This document shows, in pieces, positions 25,426 through 39,199 of a stretch of 64,000 nucleotides of DNA. The DNA lies in assembly GCA_013265495.1 (NCBI GenBank), contig MU058463.1:3393037-3457036 (forward strand). The letters run 5' to 3'. The position numbers and the translations under genes were made by a program. The stretch is from Vicugna vicugna. Its lineage: Eukaryota. Position 1 is the stretch's first letter. Each line of letters begins with the position of its first letter. Below the pieces are notes generated by a model. It was not told the origin of the DNA. It did not search any database and saw nothing but the letters and a program-made list of their open reading frames with translations.

Positions 25426-25844
25426 TCATTCACATTTCACCATTTGTCCAAAATATCAATAGTCTGCTCTATTCAATGAAATGACCTCCATATAGATCTT
25501 GGCTTTTTCTAGAAACTAAATCTACCTCTCAGAATTTTTTTAAAAAATTTGTCATATCCCTCTCTTAATATAATAAAAACAAAAAGTAGCCTTATTGTGA
25601 ATCCATTTATATTCAGCCTAGGTGATTTGTTTTGAGAAACCAACACTCCATGGGTTGTAAGTAAATATTTCTGATCAATATGCCCTGCTTTGAGGCCTTC
25701 AAAATTATCCAAATTCATGGAGGCTGCCAAAATATATAGCTTCTTCCATAAAATATTTAATAGAGTATCAGTGAACAGCCACAAAGCCCACATGAAAGAG
25801 TACCTACGGGACAGTTCATCTAGGATTTCTCAGTAGCAAATAAA

Positions 25845-26010
25845 AATAATGGCTAATGTTTATTAAGCAATTGCTATGTGCTTAAGAGTCTCTGAAAATT
25901 TTATATACTTTATAAAGTTTAATTCTCACAACTGCCTTCTGGGATGGATGGTATTATTTCCAAATTACAGACTGGGGAAAAAAGCTTTAGAGATTTAAGT
26001 GATGCTTCTG
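25845..26010 (-). mobile_element. MIR SINE
   Basis: aataatggctaatgtttattaagcaattgctatgtgc...tttaattctcacaac...attacagactggggaaa...agagatttaagtga. Confidence 0.7.
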
Positions 26011-26489
26011 CTTATCTGCTTCATAGAATTTGATACCTAAAAAAAATTGCAATAATTACATTATCCTGGCATTGACTTTCAGGACAAAACAAAAATAATC
26101 AAATTATGACCTTTATGCCTATACATGCCAAGATTTTACTGTTTGCATTCAAGTGAATATGTTAAAATATCAGTCTGTTAACTCTGTTTCTTGCAGCACA
26201 TTCATTGCCTTCCAAATCTCGAAGTCCATGGTGAGAGCTTTACTTCTCAAAGTATATTATTTTCTTGGCTCTGTCAGTAGGCCTGGTGGAGAACACTTAA
26301 GTTGGAGTTTCAAGGAAACAGACAGTGACTTGAAACTGAGGTCTAAATTCACATTTAAAGAATATACTCACGCATACATGATCCACTCTGCAGTGACAGA
26401 CTTCGTTGTTCAATGATTTATCAACATTATGTCATTACAGCTGAATCCATATTGACTGGAAAAAGTTTATTGGCTCAAATCACAAAGAC

Positions 26490-26954
26490 ACAGCTATAGA
26501 CCCCTCAAAGATGTCTATGTCCTAATCCCTGGTACCAATGACTCTGTAACTTTCCATGGCTAAAGAGACTTTGTAGATGTGATAAAAGTTAACGACCTTG
26601 AGACAATAAATCATCCTGAATTATCTGAGTGGGTTCAATCTAATTGCATAAGTCATTAAAAGTAGAAGAAGAGGCAGAAGAAGGGGTCAGAGAAATATGG
26701 CTTGAAAAAGATTCTGCTCATTTTTATTGATTTTGAAGATGGAGGAAAGGGACACAAGCCGATGAACATGAACAACCTCCAGAAGCTGGTAACGGCAAGA
26801 GCCTCCAGAAAGGAACACGGCCCTGATGACGCCTTGATTTTAGCCCAAAGACAACTGTGTTGGACTTCTGATCTACTGTACAATAATAAACGTGTGCTGT
26901 TTTAAGCCACTAAATTTGTGGCAATTTGTTATGGCAGCAATAAAAACTGAAAAC
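26490..26954 (+). mobile_element. MaLR LTR (MLT1D-like)
   Basis: cccctcaaagatgtctatgtcctaatccctgg...ttttgaagatggaggaaaggg...ttttaagccactaaatttgtggcaatttgttatggcagcaataaaaactgaaaca. Confidence 0.85.
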
Positions 26955-27559
26955 AGACACAGTCCTAGTTCTGCCATTACACTGCCTTCAATGGCTGAAG
27001 AAGTCTTTATACCACAATGTCTTCAATTCTAAGTGGAGATAATGTAGTCTTTTTCAGGAATAAGTATATCCTTTTGTTAGTTCTGATGATTTTCATCAAA
27101 TATATGCTAGTCTTTATATACATTTAAAATTGTCATTAATAGTAATGTCAGTGTATTGTCTTTTGCTTACATTCAGCCACTACTTGAATTCCATTTTCTT
27201 TGTCATTTCAACAGTCAGTTGAATAAATGTTTACTGAAGGCCTGAACTTGCAAAGTAGTTTCACTACTTATAGATGGAGGCCCTTTAGCTGTACTTAGGT
27301 ATCCTGTAAAATAGTTTTTGGGATCTCAAATAGGAGAAACTTAAGCTGTTTTCTTGAATTTTTTAAAGTTTTACTGAGTTAGCTAGGTCTGTTGCACGTT
27401 TATTAGTTTCTTCATCTCAAATCTGTATTTATTTAAAATGTACATATGTACCGTGAATAAAATTAACTTATTTTATTACATTGATAAGTTACAGAAAATA
27501 ATAAAAATGCAACAAGATTTAAAAGTAAGCTTAATCAAATTTATCATGACCACTGTTGA

Positions 27560-27735
27560 ATATTAGTATGACAAATGATATATTAAAATAAGGAGAAGTA
27601 TATGGGTCTACAGATAGGGACAGGGCTGGTTTTGTGTTAATTGTTGGGTGATGGGTGCATTGGGGCTCATTATAATATTCTATCTGCTTTTGTATAGGTG
27701 TGAAATTCTCCACAATTATGAAGTTTAAAAAATAC
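27560..27735 (+). mobile_element. Old L1 3' end
   Basis: tgggtgatgggtgcattggggctcattataatattctatctgcttttgtataggtgtgaaattctccacaat...aaaaaa. Confidence 0.7.
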
Positions 27736-29589
27736 TGTACATTAGGAAGGGTGATCATAGATTTTTCACTCAATGCCAATTTAAAGGAAAGTTGGAAGCA
27801 ATTTTTTTCTATGAATTGATTCTTAAATGTGTCCTCTTCTCTTCATTTCCCCTGTCCCAGCCATTCTAATTCAGCCATTCATTACTTGGTCCCTGGATCC
27901 CTACAATCAAGTCCTACCTAATACCTTTTACTTCGACATCTTCCCAAATCCATCCTTTTTACCATTGTGATGCTATTCTTTTCGCCATTCCAACATCCAT
28001 AGACTTTTCAAGGCCATTCTGTATGTAAATTCCTCGTCCTGTTTTTAAAGTTTTCCTACCCTTTGGCGCAAACTCTTTATTTCACTTCTCTCTAATCCAC
28101 CAGATTTTACAAAGTCCAGACTCTTCATTCTTCTAAAGAGGCCATGTTCATTCTTGTTTTACATGAACAGTCCTTCTCTTCTCTATTTAGTCCAATTCTA
28201 CCAGTCTCTTAAGATTGATTCATTCCCCTGAATAATTGTTTTATTTTGGGACATTGAAGTAAATCAGTTATAAAAGATATCTCTCTATATATAGATGCCT
28301 TTCATAATTTTGAAAATACGTATGTAATATATCTTAAAACACATTAGATCTTTAAAAATACAAATTTTATAAGTCTACAGTGTTTACTTAATTGGACCAA
28401 CTTTATAGTGTCAATTACAAAGGCATTGGTCATTTGAATATTCAAAATGAAAGTACCTAATAGAATTCTTTGCTTCTTCCAATCTAATTTTTGGCATTAA
28501 ATCTAAACCAAACATGATAAATTCCATCATTTTAAGGCATTACTTAGAAGCAGTGTTTTACATTTTGGTTGGTTCAAAGTATCTCTAAAGATAAACAACC
28601 AATTGATAAAGACGATGAAAAACATAGGATGGATATTCTTCTTTGTTTTTCTTATAGTCTGGAATCCAGTGCCCTTCTGAGATGCCTTTGTCTGCTGAGG
28701 ACTAAGGCTGCTTAGGGAGTGGTGAGCCAGTGACTCCCTACGCATTTACTCTAGGGCCATTGTTCCTTGTACCATAAAGCCCTGCTGGGGTTAACTCAAA
28801 GGAATGCTATCTGCCTGGGGCTCAGACCTCTACAGCACATCCACAAAAATCAGCAGTGCAGCAGGGTGTACAATATCAATCTACAGAGCAATACAAGGGT
28901 CCCTAGATAGGATAAAAAAAACTCTTAGGCCCAAGGCATCATGAGATTATGGGTAAAATAGGATTTCTACTTTAAAATGCAATCATATTATCTAACAGAG
29001 GGTCTCTGTTCTCATTAAAAAATTTTGCTCTGCCCAGAATATTTCTACTCTAAAAGCACCAATTATTATAGTACTTTAATTTCTATCAGATTAAATTTAG
29101 CTTTTTGCAGATGAGCTTTACCACTCCTTTTGCTTTTCTTGAAGATTTGGCTACTCAAATAGACAAAGATCTAGCAAAACTTATGAACAATCTTGGTATC
29201 CAGGTGTGAATAGGCTACCTCAAAAATCTCTTTGTATCCCTGGAGTGACTTCTACATGCAATTTAATAAGCCCACCTTCTTAGTATCTCTTTTGTTTGTA
29301 AATTCTTCCTTTAGCATCCTTGGCACTTCTCTTCTTTTCTGCTACCTCTTTGACTTCAAAATCCTTTCTCAGTCCACCTACCTGTGTTGATTTTTAAAGA
29401 ACATAGGCTTGACACATGCCCAAAAAACTGTCACTCTGTTCACTTTTAATTACTCTTCCAAATCTTCTAGCCACCAGCACCCTATTCTCTCTCAATCAGC
29501 CCTCTCCTGGTTTCATTCCCTGCAGAGTTCTGTCTGGTCACCTCTGAGATACTCAGCCTCAACTCCTTTCTCAAAAAAACAACTCTTTC

Positions 29590-29680
29590 CAGCAAGGATG
29601 TGGAGTGTCAGGAACCCTCCTCATTCGCTACTAGTGAAAATGCAAAATGGTACATCCTCTATGAAGACAGTTTGGCATGA
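29590..29680 (+). mobile_element. Short L1 ORF2 fragment
   Basis: gcaaggatgtggagtgtcaggaaccctcctcattcgctactagtgaaaatgcaaaatggtacatcctctatgaagacagtttggca. Confidence 0.7.
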
Positions 29681-30029
29681 AAATCAATAGTCAGGTCTTG
29701 TCAACTTCCTTTCTCACAACCTATAAACATATTGGCATCTGTTCCCACTTCACTCCCGCATTCCTTCTCTCTACCTGAAAGAGGGGCCTCTCTTTCTGTC
29801 CAAGGTTACCTCTCTATCATAGTTTAGATCCCATCGTCTTTGTCTCCAGTAGCCACACCACATCACTCATACATATTCACCTGTGTATGAGTGTGTCCTG
29901 AGTCTCTCCCTTTCTCAACTGGTTTCTCCTCCTGGCATAAACATGCTCAACTTTTTTCCCATTTTAAATGAATCTCTTCCTTGACTCCATCACTCTTCCA
30001 TTGATTGGCAAGCTACAAACATCATTTGG

Positions 30030-30470
30030 TTGTAGTGGCCAATTTTAATTGCAAGTGAAAGAAAATTCAAATTGAATTGGCATAGAAAAAAAGGGGAATT
30101 TACTTACGCCCACAACACAAGGAAGTGGTGAACCACCAAAGTGTGAGAAGAGTAAAGATTCAGCCAAAACTCAGGAACAATCAGAGACTCAACTGTTGCC
30201 AGGATTCTCTCTCTCTCTCTCTCTCTCTCTGCATTTGGCTTTATTTTCTCTTAATATAGTTGTACTTTAATCACATGTTAAGGCATCAGGTCCCTGAATT
30301 TTACTGAATATCACATCATCAGGAAGGATCTAATCTCTATTCTCTGAATCTCACATTAAATCCCTGGAAAAGGTACCAGTTGATTTAGTTGGGCCCCAGG
30401 AAACTCAACATAGACAAAATCACCATGGCAAGGGAAATGTCCAGGTAGTAAGGGCCCGCCCCTAGGTCAG
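30030..30470 (-). mobile_element. Old MaLR LTR (MLT1J/K-like) containing (CT)n at 30206-30230
   Basis: ttttaattgcaagtgaaagaaaattcaaattgaattggc...aaaaaaaggggaattta; (CT)12 run. Confidence 0.5.
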
Positions 30471-33400
30471 GGAAGAGATCATATGCTATTGTGGCAGCCT
30501 TGTGTTAGCCATTTGAAAGGTGGCGATTCTGAGAAGGATCTAGCAGACAGTATCACAGTATCCACCAGAGGAATATGGCCTTCCTTCCCCCTGAACTGAA
30601 ACACTTCTGATAAAACAACATTACTTCTATATCACTAGTTACAATGGAAAATTTTTCTTCCTTTAACATATAGCAATTATCATTTATCACTGTTGACTGC
30701 CCCTCCCCCTTCCTGAAAGTCACCCCTCCCTGGTTCATGTGATACCATCAGGTGCCAGGAAACACATCTCTGGCAATTCCTCCACTCTGCGTGTTATAGA
30801 CTTCCTTTCCTCTGCTCCTTCCTCTTTCCCCAGTACTCCCCACGATATTCAAGCCCTCTGGCTTATTGTAATCACTTCATATGATTTGCTCTGGTTGGAT
30901 ACTTACTTCCCTGAATTTATCATTATCACTGCTAGTAGGGTGAATATTATAGAAACTAGGTCCAACTCTGTGTACTCTGAAAGTAGTTCCCTATAGTTTT
31001 CAATGAAATATTCAAATTTCTGAGTTCAGTACATGTCACGGACTGGACCCCACTCACTTTCTCTTTCTCTCTTCTACTCCTGCCCTTTCTATAGTCACTG
31101 ACTGTAGTTTTCACAGCTCGCTCTTCCCTGGAAACAGAACCTCTCTGCTTCTGCTTCTTTTTTTTTTTTTTTTTTAAAGATTGTCTTCTAACTCCTAATT
31201 TTCCTTGAAAATTTGGTTCAGCAGGAATGGATTATTCAACAAATGGTTTACAGGGGTAAAGGTCTATATTTGGAGCTGAAAATCAAGTTGTATCTTTACT
31301 TTTTTAAAAATCACTGCAATCAATCCCAGATGCAACAAGAAAGATTTATAAAATTTGAAAACAAAGGAAAATAAGAAAATTAGTTTATTAGTGAATAGTT
31401 ACATTTCTAAAGATATTAAGTATAAAATTAATTTTGTAATTTAAAAAGACAATATTTAAAGATTTAATCGAATAATAGTTTACATCTTTGCTTAGTTCAA
31501 AAATATTAAAAGGCAAATGACAAAATAGAGAAATGCATAAAACAGACCTTCTCTTGCTATCCACAATATTTAAATAGCTTTTGAAAATTAAAACACTATG
31601 ACCCAGGAGAAAAAAAATTGGAAAGACATAAATAAAAACAGATATATTCATTTTGAAATTGAAAATGAATAAATCAAATATTTAATGGCAGTTACCACTA
31701 AATGGCTAAGCTAGAGGTGATTTTTATTTTTTCATTTTATTCTTTTCTGTAGGATATAAATTTTTCATAATTAAATTACCTTTTACTGACAAAAATATAA
31801 ATGTAAACTATGCATAAATTGCTCTGATGGCAGTATTAAAATCTGGTGGAAAGGTGGAAACAACTGATGCCCAAGGAGAGTCAAGGACTAAATTTTTAAG
31901 TCTTCTCAAAAAGGCTTCCATCACCTGCTGGATGAAGTTCTAACTTCTCAGCATAGCTAAAAAAAATACTTCCATCTGCTTTAATTTCATCTCACCAGCA
32001 ATTTAGCTGTGGTTTTCTTAGCTGTAAAATGTAGAGATGTGACTGATACAAGTCCTGAGTTTGAACCAAAAACCCAGAATATTAATATTCTTATAGTAAA
32101 GATATCAAGTTCATGTAGACAGGGGCACAAGAGCTATTCAAAAAATTTCAATCTGCAATACATTAGACTGTCTTGATAAGCACCCACTTTATTGAGAAAA
32201 TAGAAGCCATCTATCAGGTGTGAACTCCTTCAAATTAACTCATTATCTATCATCCATTTCATAAGCTTCTTAAAAACCACTACTATATGAAGGCATGGAG
32301 AACTGCAGAAGCAGGGATCGAGCACTTAACCATGGACCAAGCACTGCCCTGTACAGTTGTCCCCAAGTGCCAATAAGAACATGGATTGCAGGGAGCTGAA
32401 GCTGGGTGTCCAAAGCTAAGTCAAATTCTATTTTTAGAACAGAGACTTGAAGCCAAATTTCTTTGACTCCCAAAACCCAAGTATCTTATGCCCACAACAC
32501 TGTTGACTTCAGCTTTAAAAATTCTATTTGAACCCAAAAGAAATCTAGTTCAATCAAAAGCAAATCTCCCTTCTGCTTTCTAGAAGGTTTTTATCTAACC
32601 CATCAGAGACTTTGGGGAGAATTAGACTAGTTGATCCCTGAAAGCAATATTGAATATGACTTGCAAGACTCCATTAAGTAGTCTAGTTAAGGTTTAGATA
32701 TTTTTAGGATAAAAGCACTTAAGTATTCTCTCACAACCAGTACCTCTTCCTTTCTAATCGCTATTAAGAAAGAAGTTCATCAGCTGTACTTGACAGAGAT
32801 GTTTTTAGAAAGTTTCATGGGGCTGAAAACGAATTTAATTGATCTTAAAATTTTTGAGGTGGTCGTCCAATGGGAAATCCAATGAAAAGCAATTTCTTTA
32901 TCCTTAGATGAATGCAAAGACAGTATAAAATCAATGAAGTTATCAGCAGTTTTATTACTATTTGTGTGGTCATTATAATAAAGGGCTCAATAAATCCCCA
33001 GTTTAAATACACATTCTTTAATTTGTTACACTTGGAGTTGTGAGCTGTGCTGAAACTTTAATAAAATGTCTTTTTTTCCGATTTATAAAAGCTTATTTAG
33101 TTACGTTAAGGCTTTTTAAGAATGGACTTTGATTGTATTTTCCAACCTGTAACCCCACACGACTTGCTTGAAAACTTTCTCAAGCAAATGCTTGCTTTAA
33201 AGAACCGTTTCTCACCCTTGCAAGTGTGGAAATAAATCATCTGTAGAAACTTGAAACTGCCCAGTGTGATTTTTATGGAAATAACAATGGCAGTTCAACA
33301 ATGGAGCTGAGGGTGGGGGTGCGGACGGTTATAAATACATCACTAATAACGTCAGTGCATTTCCCTTGTCTTCCCTGCAACTATCTCTGGGGAAATAAAA

Positions 33401-34169
33401 ACTCTGCGACATGCTCACTTGAATTCCTGTCATTGTACTCTACACATCAGTCTCTCTGGTCTCAGGCTTATGGCCTGTGGCTGAGGTTATCATCTGGTGT
33501 GTAACACACAGCCACTGACACAGAACTGAAATCAATGGAGAAGGGTTTTTTTATTTTTTTCTTTTTTCTTATATAGGAGAGGCAAATGATTCACAAGCAC
33601 AGCAATAAATCAGACTGAACCAAAACAACTGAATAGGAGGACAAACCTTAGCTGGAAAAACTGGAGGTTTCCAGAGGAAACGATATTAAATATAAACCCT
33701 TCCTATGTGTTGATAACTATATTTGCTTCAAGTTCCTAAACCATTGAAAGTGATGACACATCTAGCTTTACACCATGCCAAATGTATCATTTCCTTCCTT
33801 CTGCCCTCTGGACCTCTCCCTCCCCACCGCCCAACATTTATGAAAAAAGCTGAGAACAGCAAACTCTACAAGATTATATTCTTGAACTTCAGCCGGGTCT
33901 GTCCTGGGAGATTTTTGCCCTTTTTTTTTTTTTTTTAGCTAACACTGGTTCTATAGAGAAGCAGGTGTGTAATTTCTCTGCAGGACTTTTGAATTTGGTT
34001 TCTCTGATGTTTCCACATGTATATAGTCGTTCAGATACTTGTGGCTTTTAAGAGAGTCTCATTTTGTAATTATTTGTGCTTCAGACATGAATCAGGATTT
34101 GTGGCCCAGAAAATCTCAGGGGATGACTAATGATGCCAAACCATGGTAAAGCATGACCTTGCTACTCTG

Positions 34170-34750
34170 ATCGTTCCAACAGCTATGTCGTATCTGAGTC
34201 TGTTTCTGACGCCTGCTTTGTCTTTTCAGATTGTGTTTTTTCTTGGCTTTTGGCATGTCTCGTAATAGTTTGTTGAAAGCTGGACACAGTGTACCAGATA
34301 ATAGGAACTAAGGGAAAGAGGCCCCTCATGTGAGGTTTTCTATTGATCTGCTTAGATGTTGGGCTGCATTTAATATTTGCTGTAACTGTAGGTTTCAGAA
34401 ACTTCAAATTCCTGTAGTATCCTTGATTTTCATCTCCTCTATTGACTTCGTATGCCTCAAGTACTCTTCCTTACAGAGTGAGTTTAGAAGCTTTCAGCTG
34501 TAACCCACTGTTGGTATACAGGAGCCCAGTTTATGTGGCTTCTGTTCCAGGGAAGCAGATACTGGTTGTAACTCTCTGGATGCGCCTGTCTCTCCAGGTT
34601 TTGGTGTGACAGTTTGCCCTGTCATTTTAGCTCTCTGATGGGGCCAAGAAAAGTTGTTGATTTTCAGTTTGTTAGGCTTTTTCTTGTTAGAAGAATGGGA
34701 GTAATGACCTCTAAGCTCTTTACAAATGTTGCAGCTGAAAACAGGAGTCC
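34170..34750 (-). mobile_element. Ancient L1 5' end fragment (L1M-type 5' UTR)
   Basis: tctgagtctgtttctgacgcctgctttgtcttttcagattgtg...tctgatgggccaagaaaagttgttgattttcagtttgttaggctttttcttgtt. Confidence 0.7.
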
Positions 34751-37749
34751 ACGTTTCTGTCTTAGGAATCAGCAAGTAGGTGCATTTGTTTACTTTGTTT
34801 AAACCAAAAGATCTCAAGTGAGCGTCCCAAGATCTTCCTAGAGGTGTTTGCTTTTTGTTTTTAGCAACGTCAGGAAGTATATATATATTTTCAAAGCTAA
34901 AAATTATAATCAGTTATATAAAACATAAAATACACATACACATCAATAAAGCTAACAATCCCTGAGATCGAAGATATCAGCACAGGACAGTATAATGGAA
35001 AAAGATTAAAAATATACATATATATGTGTTTAATATTTCCTCCTAATAAAGAACAAATGACAATTAAAAACACAAACAAACAAACGACCACAGCCACCAG
35101 CTGCAACCCAACAGCCTTCTAAGACAAAGGGCATAGAGTTCACAGTAACCCTGAACTATTTATTCCATCATTCAATAGCTACAACTTCTCTAAGAGCTCA
35201 CACTTGGAAATTTTCCTACCAAAACTCAACCCTTAGCTTACCAACTCTTCTGTTTATTCATCCCAGACAGCTACAGCAAAAATGTTTTATTCCTGGCTTT
35301 TTAAATCCAGTCCCATAGCCTAGTAGGCCAAATTCACCCTAGCTGCTGGGAGTGGCCCTCACCCAGCTTGCAAGGCACAAATCCTCTAATTCCTAGCTTC
35401 AGAGGATGACTTGCTGTTCACTAAAATATGCCTTGGCACCTTTATTTATCCTGTATCTTCTGTCTGGAACTACTACGCCCTCCACTCTGCATTTTGAAAT
35501 TCCACTCATCTCTTAATTAATGATAACAACTTCACTAATCTATCAACTCTCTGTGAGTTTATGTCTTTGAACTACACAGCCCTTTATTTATACCTCTATT
35601 TTGCATTTCCCATACTCTCTACTTTTTATCTAAACTTAGGTTCACTTATTTTAATCTCCTCTAATAAGTGATCTCTAATTCCTTTTAAGATGTAATTTAT
35701 ACATGATGCCTTATACATTGTAAAACTTTGTCCATCTAATGAATGAAGGGAGGAGACTCAGTTTGTGCTGGGAGCAGTGAGTTCTTAAAGCCCACTGAGT
35801 GATATAATCTCAGAGGTGATAGGAATCACACAGGTCCAAAGCAACATTTTAGATGGATATATTCAGGGCATGGATTCTACTGAAAACCAGGCCCCTACTT
35901 TAGATTGATTCAATATCCAGAATCGAGAATTCTGTAACACTCTTTGAATAATACTCCCTTTGGAGCATCACTGCTTATGATGGGGCCTATTGGATATCTT
36001 TCTGTCCAGTCACATAACCTGGTAAATATTCTGAAAGTTTACTCCTGTAAGATTGACATTTTACCATCCAAACTATCAGGGAGTTTGAAATGTCACAGAT
36101 TTCACTTTGCAGTCTGTCCTCCAGATTGTTTCAGTGTGAAATAAGACAGATCATTCCATGAGCTTCACTGTTTAGATTCTTAGTCATCATTTACCAGGAC
36201 TTAGACCATCTCCAATGTCAGGGCTTCACTTTCTTAGATTTTCTGAAATTTCCTGTCTCTCTCCCAAATTTGTTGTGACGTAAAAGAAAATGACTCTGTT
36301 ACAGAAATTTAACAAAGCACTGGTGGTTGTCTTTTTAGAAAAACTAATTCTTACAACTTTCTAGAGACTTTCTAGAAAACTCTATCTACTTATTCAAAAC
36401 TCTAGCATCCTAACTCAGGATAGTGGATATATTTCTGATTGCTGAAATCAAGAAATAAATAAATAATGAAGCTTAAAAATCCATGGAGGAGAAACTAAGA
36501 TAACTCAGGGGAAGCTGAGGCTTCCATGAGGAAAAGCCAAAAATAATCAGAGCTCATAAATCAGGAATGATAAAGGCTGAGAGGAGGAAGAGATTAAAAT
36601 GTATAAAACCATTAAGTTACTGAATAGCACAAACATGGCTGAGTGACTGAATTTTAGAACAACAGAACTAGGGAACATCCTTTTAAGTTGGATTCAAATC
36701 AGAAGCAATACTATTATGAAATACTTAAACTAGTAAAAGTACCTCAATACACCTCCATGAAAAATTCAGCAGGCCATATAAAAGCACCAGTAAAGCAACA
36801 GACAAGTTCCATGGTTTATAAAGAGAAAGTTGAAATCCATGAGTATGTAAGAAACTTCCACTGTCACAGAAATCACCCCAAACTGTAAGATTTCATCAAT
36901 ACCATGAGTTTTAACAATAGTCAAGGATCTACATGAAGACTTAATATGATGAGACATGTATAATCTAATAGGTTCAAGTTTGTCTGTCTATTAGGGATAA
37001 TTTAGGTAAATCACTGTTTCTCAATTATCATAGCTACACAGCAAAATACTGCTCTAGAGGACAGGGTGCTATACATTTTCAGGCAGATAAATCATAGAAT
37101 GACTTTTGTAAGAGAAAGAGGAGTATTTAACTAGAGTGTAATAACTACAATATGTAGCAATTGCATTTAGCCAGGAATTGATTTCCATTTTAGACTGATG
37201 TTGACTTAAATGGCAGGCTAACCATTTCCAGCAAAGCAAAAACTTTTATACCAGTAATAACAATTTATAATATACGAGGCAGATTTTTGCAAAAGCATAA
37301 CTCTCTCTGAACTATTATTATTCATATAATTAGTGTAAAATAATTTAAGAATACTCTAGTCTGTTAAGAAAAAAGTTTGTATAATTTGGAAAACAAATAA
37401 CATTTCCTTAAATGTTTCCGAAAAGACCACGATTCTCAATTTCCTTTTTCCACTGATTTGAGTCAGCATCTTGCTCACCATCTGGACATCCTCAATTGAA
37501 AGAAAAAAAACTCACAGATACTCTTGTTTTTATCTGCATGTTAGATGTGGGTAAATACAGTTATTACTAAGACTGGGTGCATTATTAGTTCTTTGGATCA
37601 CGATGTCAGTTGGCCTTTATTTGCTGTAAACAAAGATCACTGTAAATGATTCAAATCTTCACACTTATTCATCAGTGCAACATGATCTAATCAACGAAAA
37701 GTGGAAATATTATGAAAAATCTGTTTCACATATCTAAGAAGTGTGTATA

Positions 37750-37960
37750 ACCTAGTGGCTAACATGTGGTCATTAGACTCAGGTTTCTTGGATTTTTGAA
37801 ACCAGCTTTATCCCTGTCCAGCCTTCGGCAAGTTATTTCACCTCCTTTCCCCTAAAATTTCTCATCTCGAATTAGTCATCTCTCACAGTTGCTGGGGATT
37901 AAATGAGATAATACAGAACAACAGAAACAGGTTTGAGTTCAATATAAACACTTAATGAAT
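37750..37960 (+). mobile_element. MIR SINE
   Basis: ctagtggctaacatgtgg...ttcggcaagttatttcacctc...ttctcatct...gttgctggggattaaatgagataata. Confidence 0.65.
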
Positions 37961-38367
37961 GTAAGCCAGTATTATTACAGGCTTTTTCTGTCAATACTGC
38001 CACAAAGCAATGAAGCACTTTATACAATAATCTTAAAATTGTATCAAATTGCAGCATAACATTGACAAAGCCTTTTATTCTTCTATCTCTATCTCTCTTC
38101 ATGGATATTTATGAAACCACAACTTAATACTGAACTAACATTACAACACTATACTCAATATGGTATTATATATAATTACATTGGTATTCCCAGCAAACTT
38201 TTTGCTTTATTTGAGCATTAGTTCAACAAATATTTGTTGAGCATTTACCATGTGCCAAATGGATTCCAGGGTGTAAAACCACTGTCCCTGCCCCTACTGT
38301 ACTCATTTAGAAGCTTCCAATAACCAACAACTCTTATCCCTTTTCAAAAATTTTAAACCATGGCTCT

Positions 38368-38763
38368 TGTTATGCACTGAATGTTTGTTCCCTCTCTCCC
38401 CAAAAGTTCATGTTGAAGTCCTAACCCTCAGTGTTATAGTATTTAGAGATGGAGCATTTAGTAGGTAAATAGTTTCAAATAAGGACATGAGGGTGCAACC
38501 CCCATGATGGTATTAGTGCCTTTAAAAGAAGAGGAAGAGACACCAGAACTCTTTCTCTGTCTTCTTCTCTCTCTTCACTATGTGAGGATTTGGTAAGAAA
38601 GTAGTCATCTGCAAGTCACAAAGAAAGCATTACCAGAACCCAACCATACTGGCACACTGATCACAGACCTCCAGCCTCCAGAGCTCTGAGAAATAAATGT
38701 CTGTGTTTAAGCCACCTGGCCTATGGTGTTTCGTTATAGCAGCTTGAGCTGCTGACTAAGACA
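38368..38763 (+). mobile_element. MaLR LTR (MLT1A-like)
   Basis: tgttatgcactgaatgtttgttccc...catgagggtgcaacccccatgatggtattagtgccttt...gagaaataaatgtctgtgtttaagccac...gactaagaca (TG...CA ends). Confidence 0.85.
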
Positions 38764-39199
38764 CTTCCATTACAGCTTTTCTACCCCAATTCTGGTGATC
38801 TGTGCACCCTCATTTAACCTGCTTAAGAGAAACATCCTCTTCTATAAAACAGAAATGAGGTTGTTGTGAGAAAAATGAACTAGCAAGTGCAAAAGAGTTT
38901 TAGGAACATTATGCAAGAACTAATTATTTGATCCAACACTAAAAGAATTTTGACATTATATAAATTAAACAGCAACCAATGAAGATAGTGTGATTCAAAC
39001 AGTTGTGTCTCCTTGTGAACCCTGGTCATTTCTAGATATTTATTTTCCTTTGAGAGAATAGACAAACCAACTATACCACCTCTTCTCTCCTAAGAAGTTT
39101 TTCTTCCAGAAATAATCATGAGTGTTTATAGGGGCTTAAAAACAAACAAAAGTTTATCCAATGGGCTTCTCGGTTATCATTACGCTGAACATCGGAACT

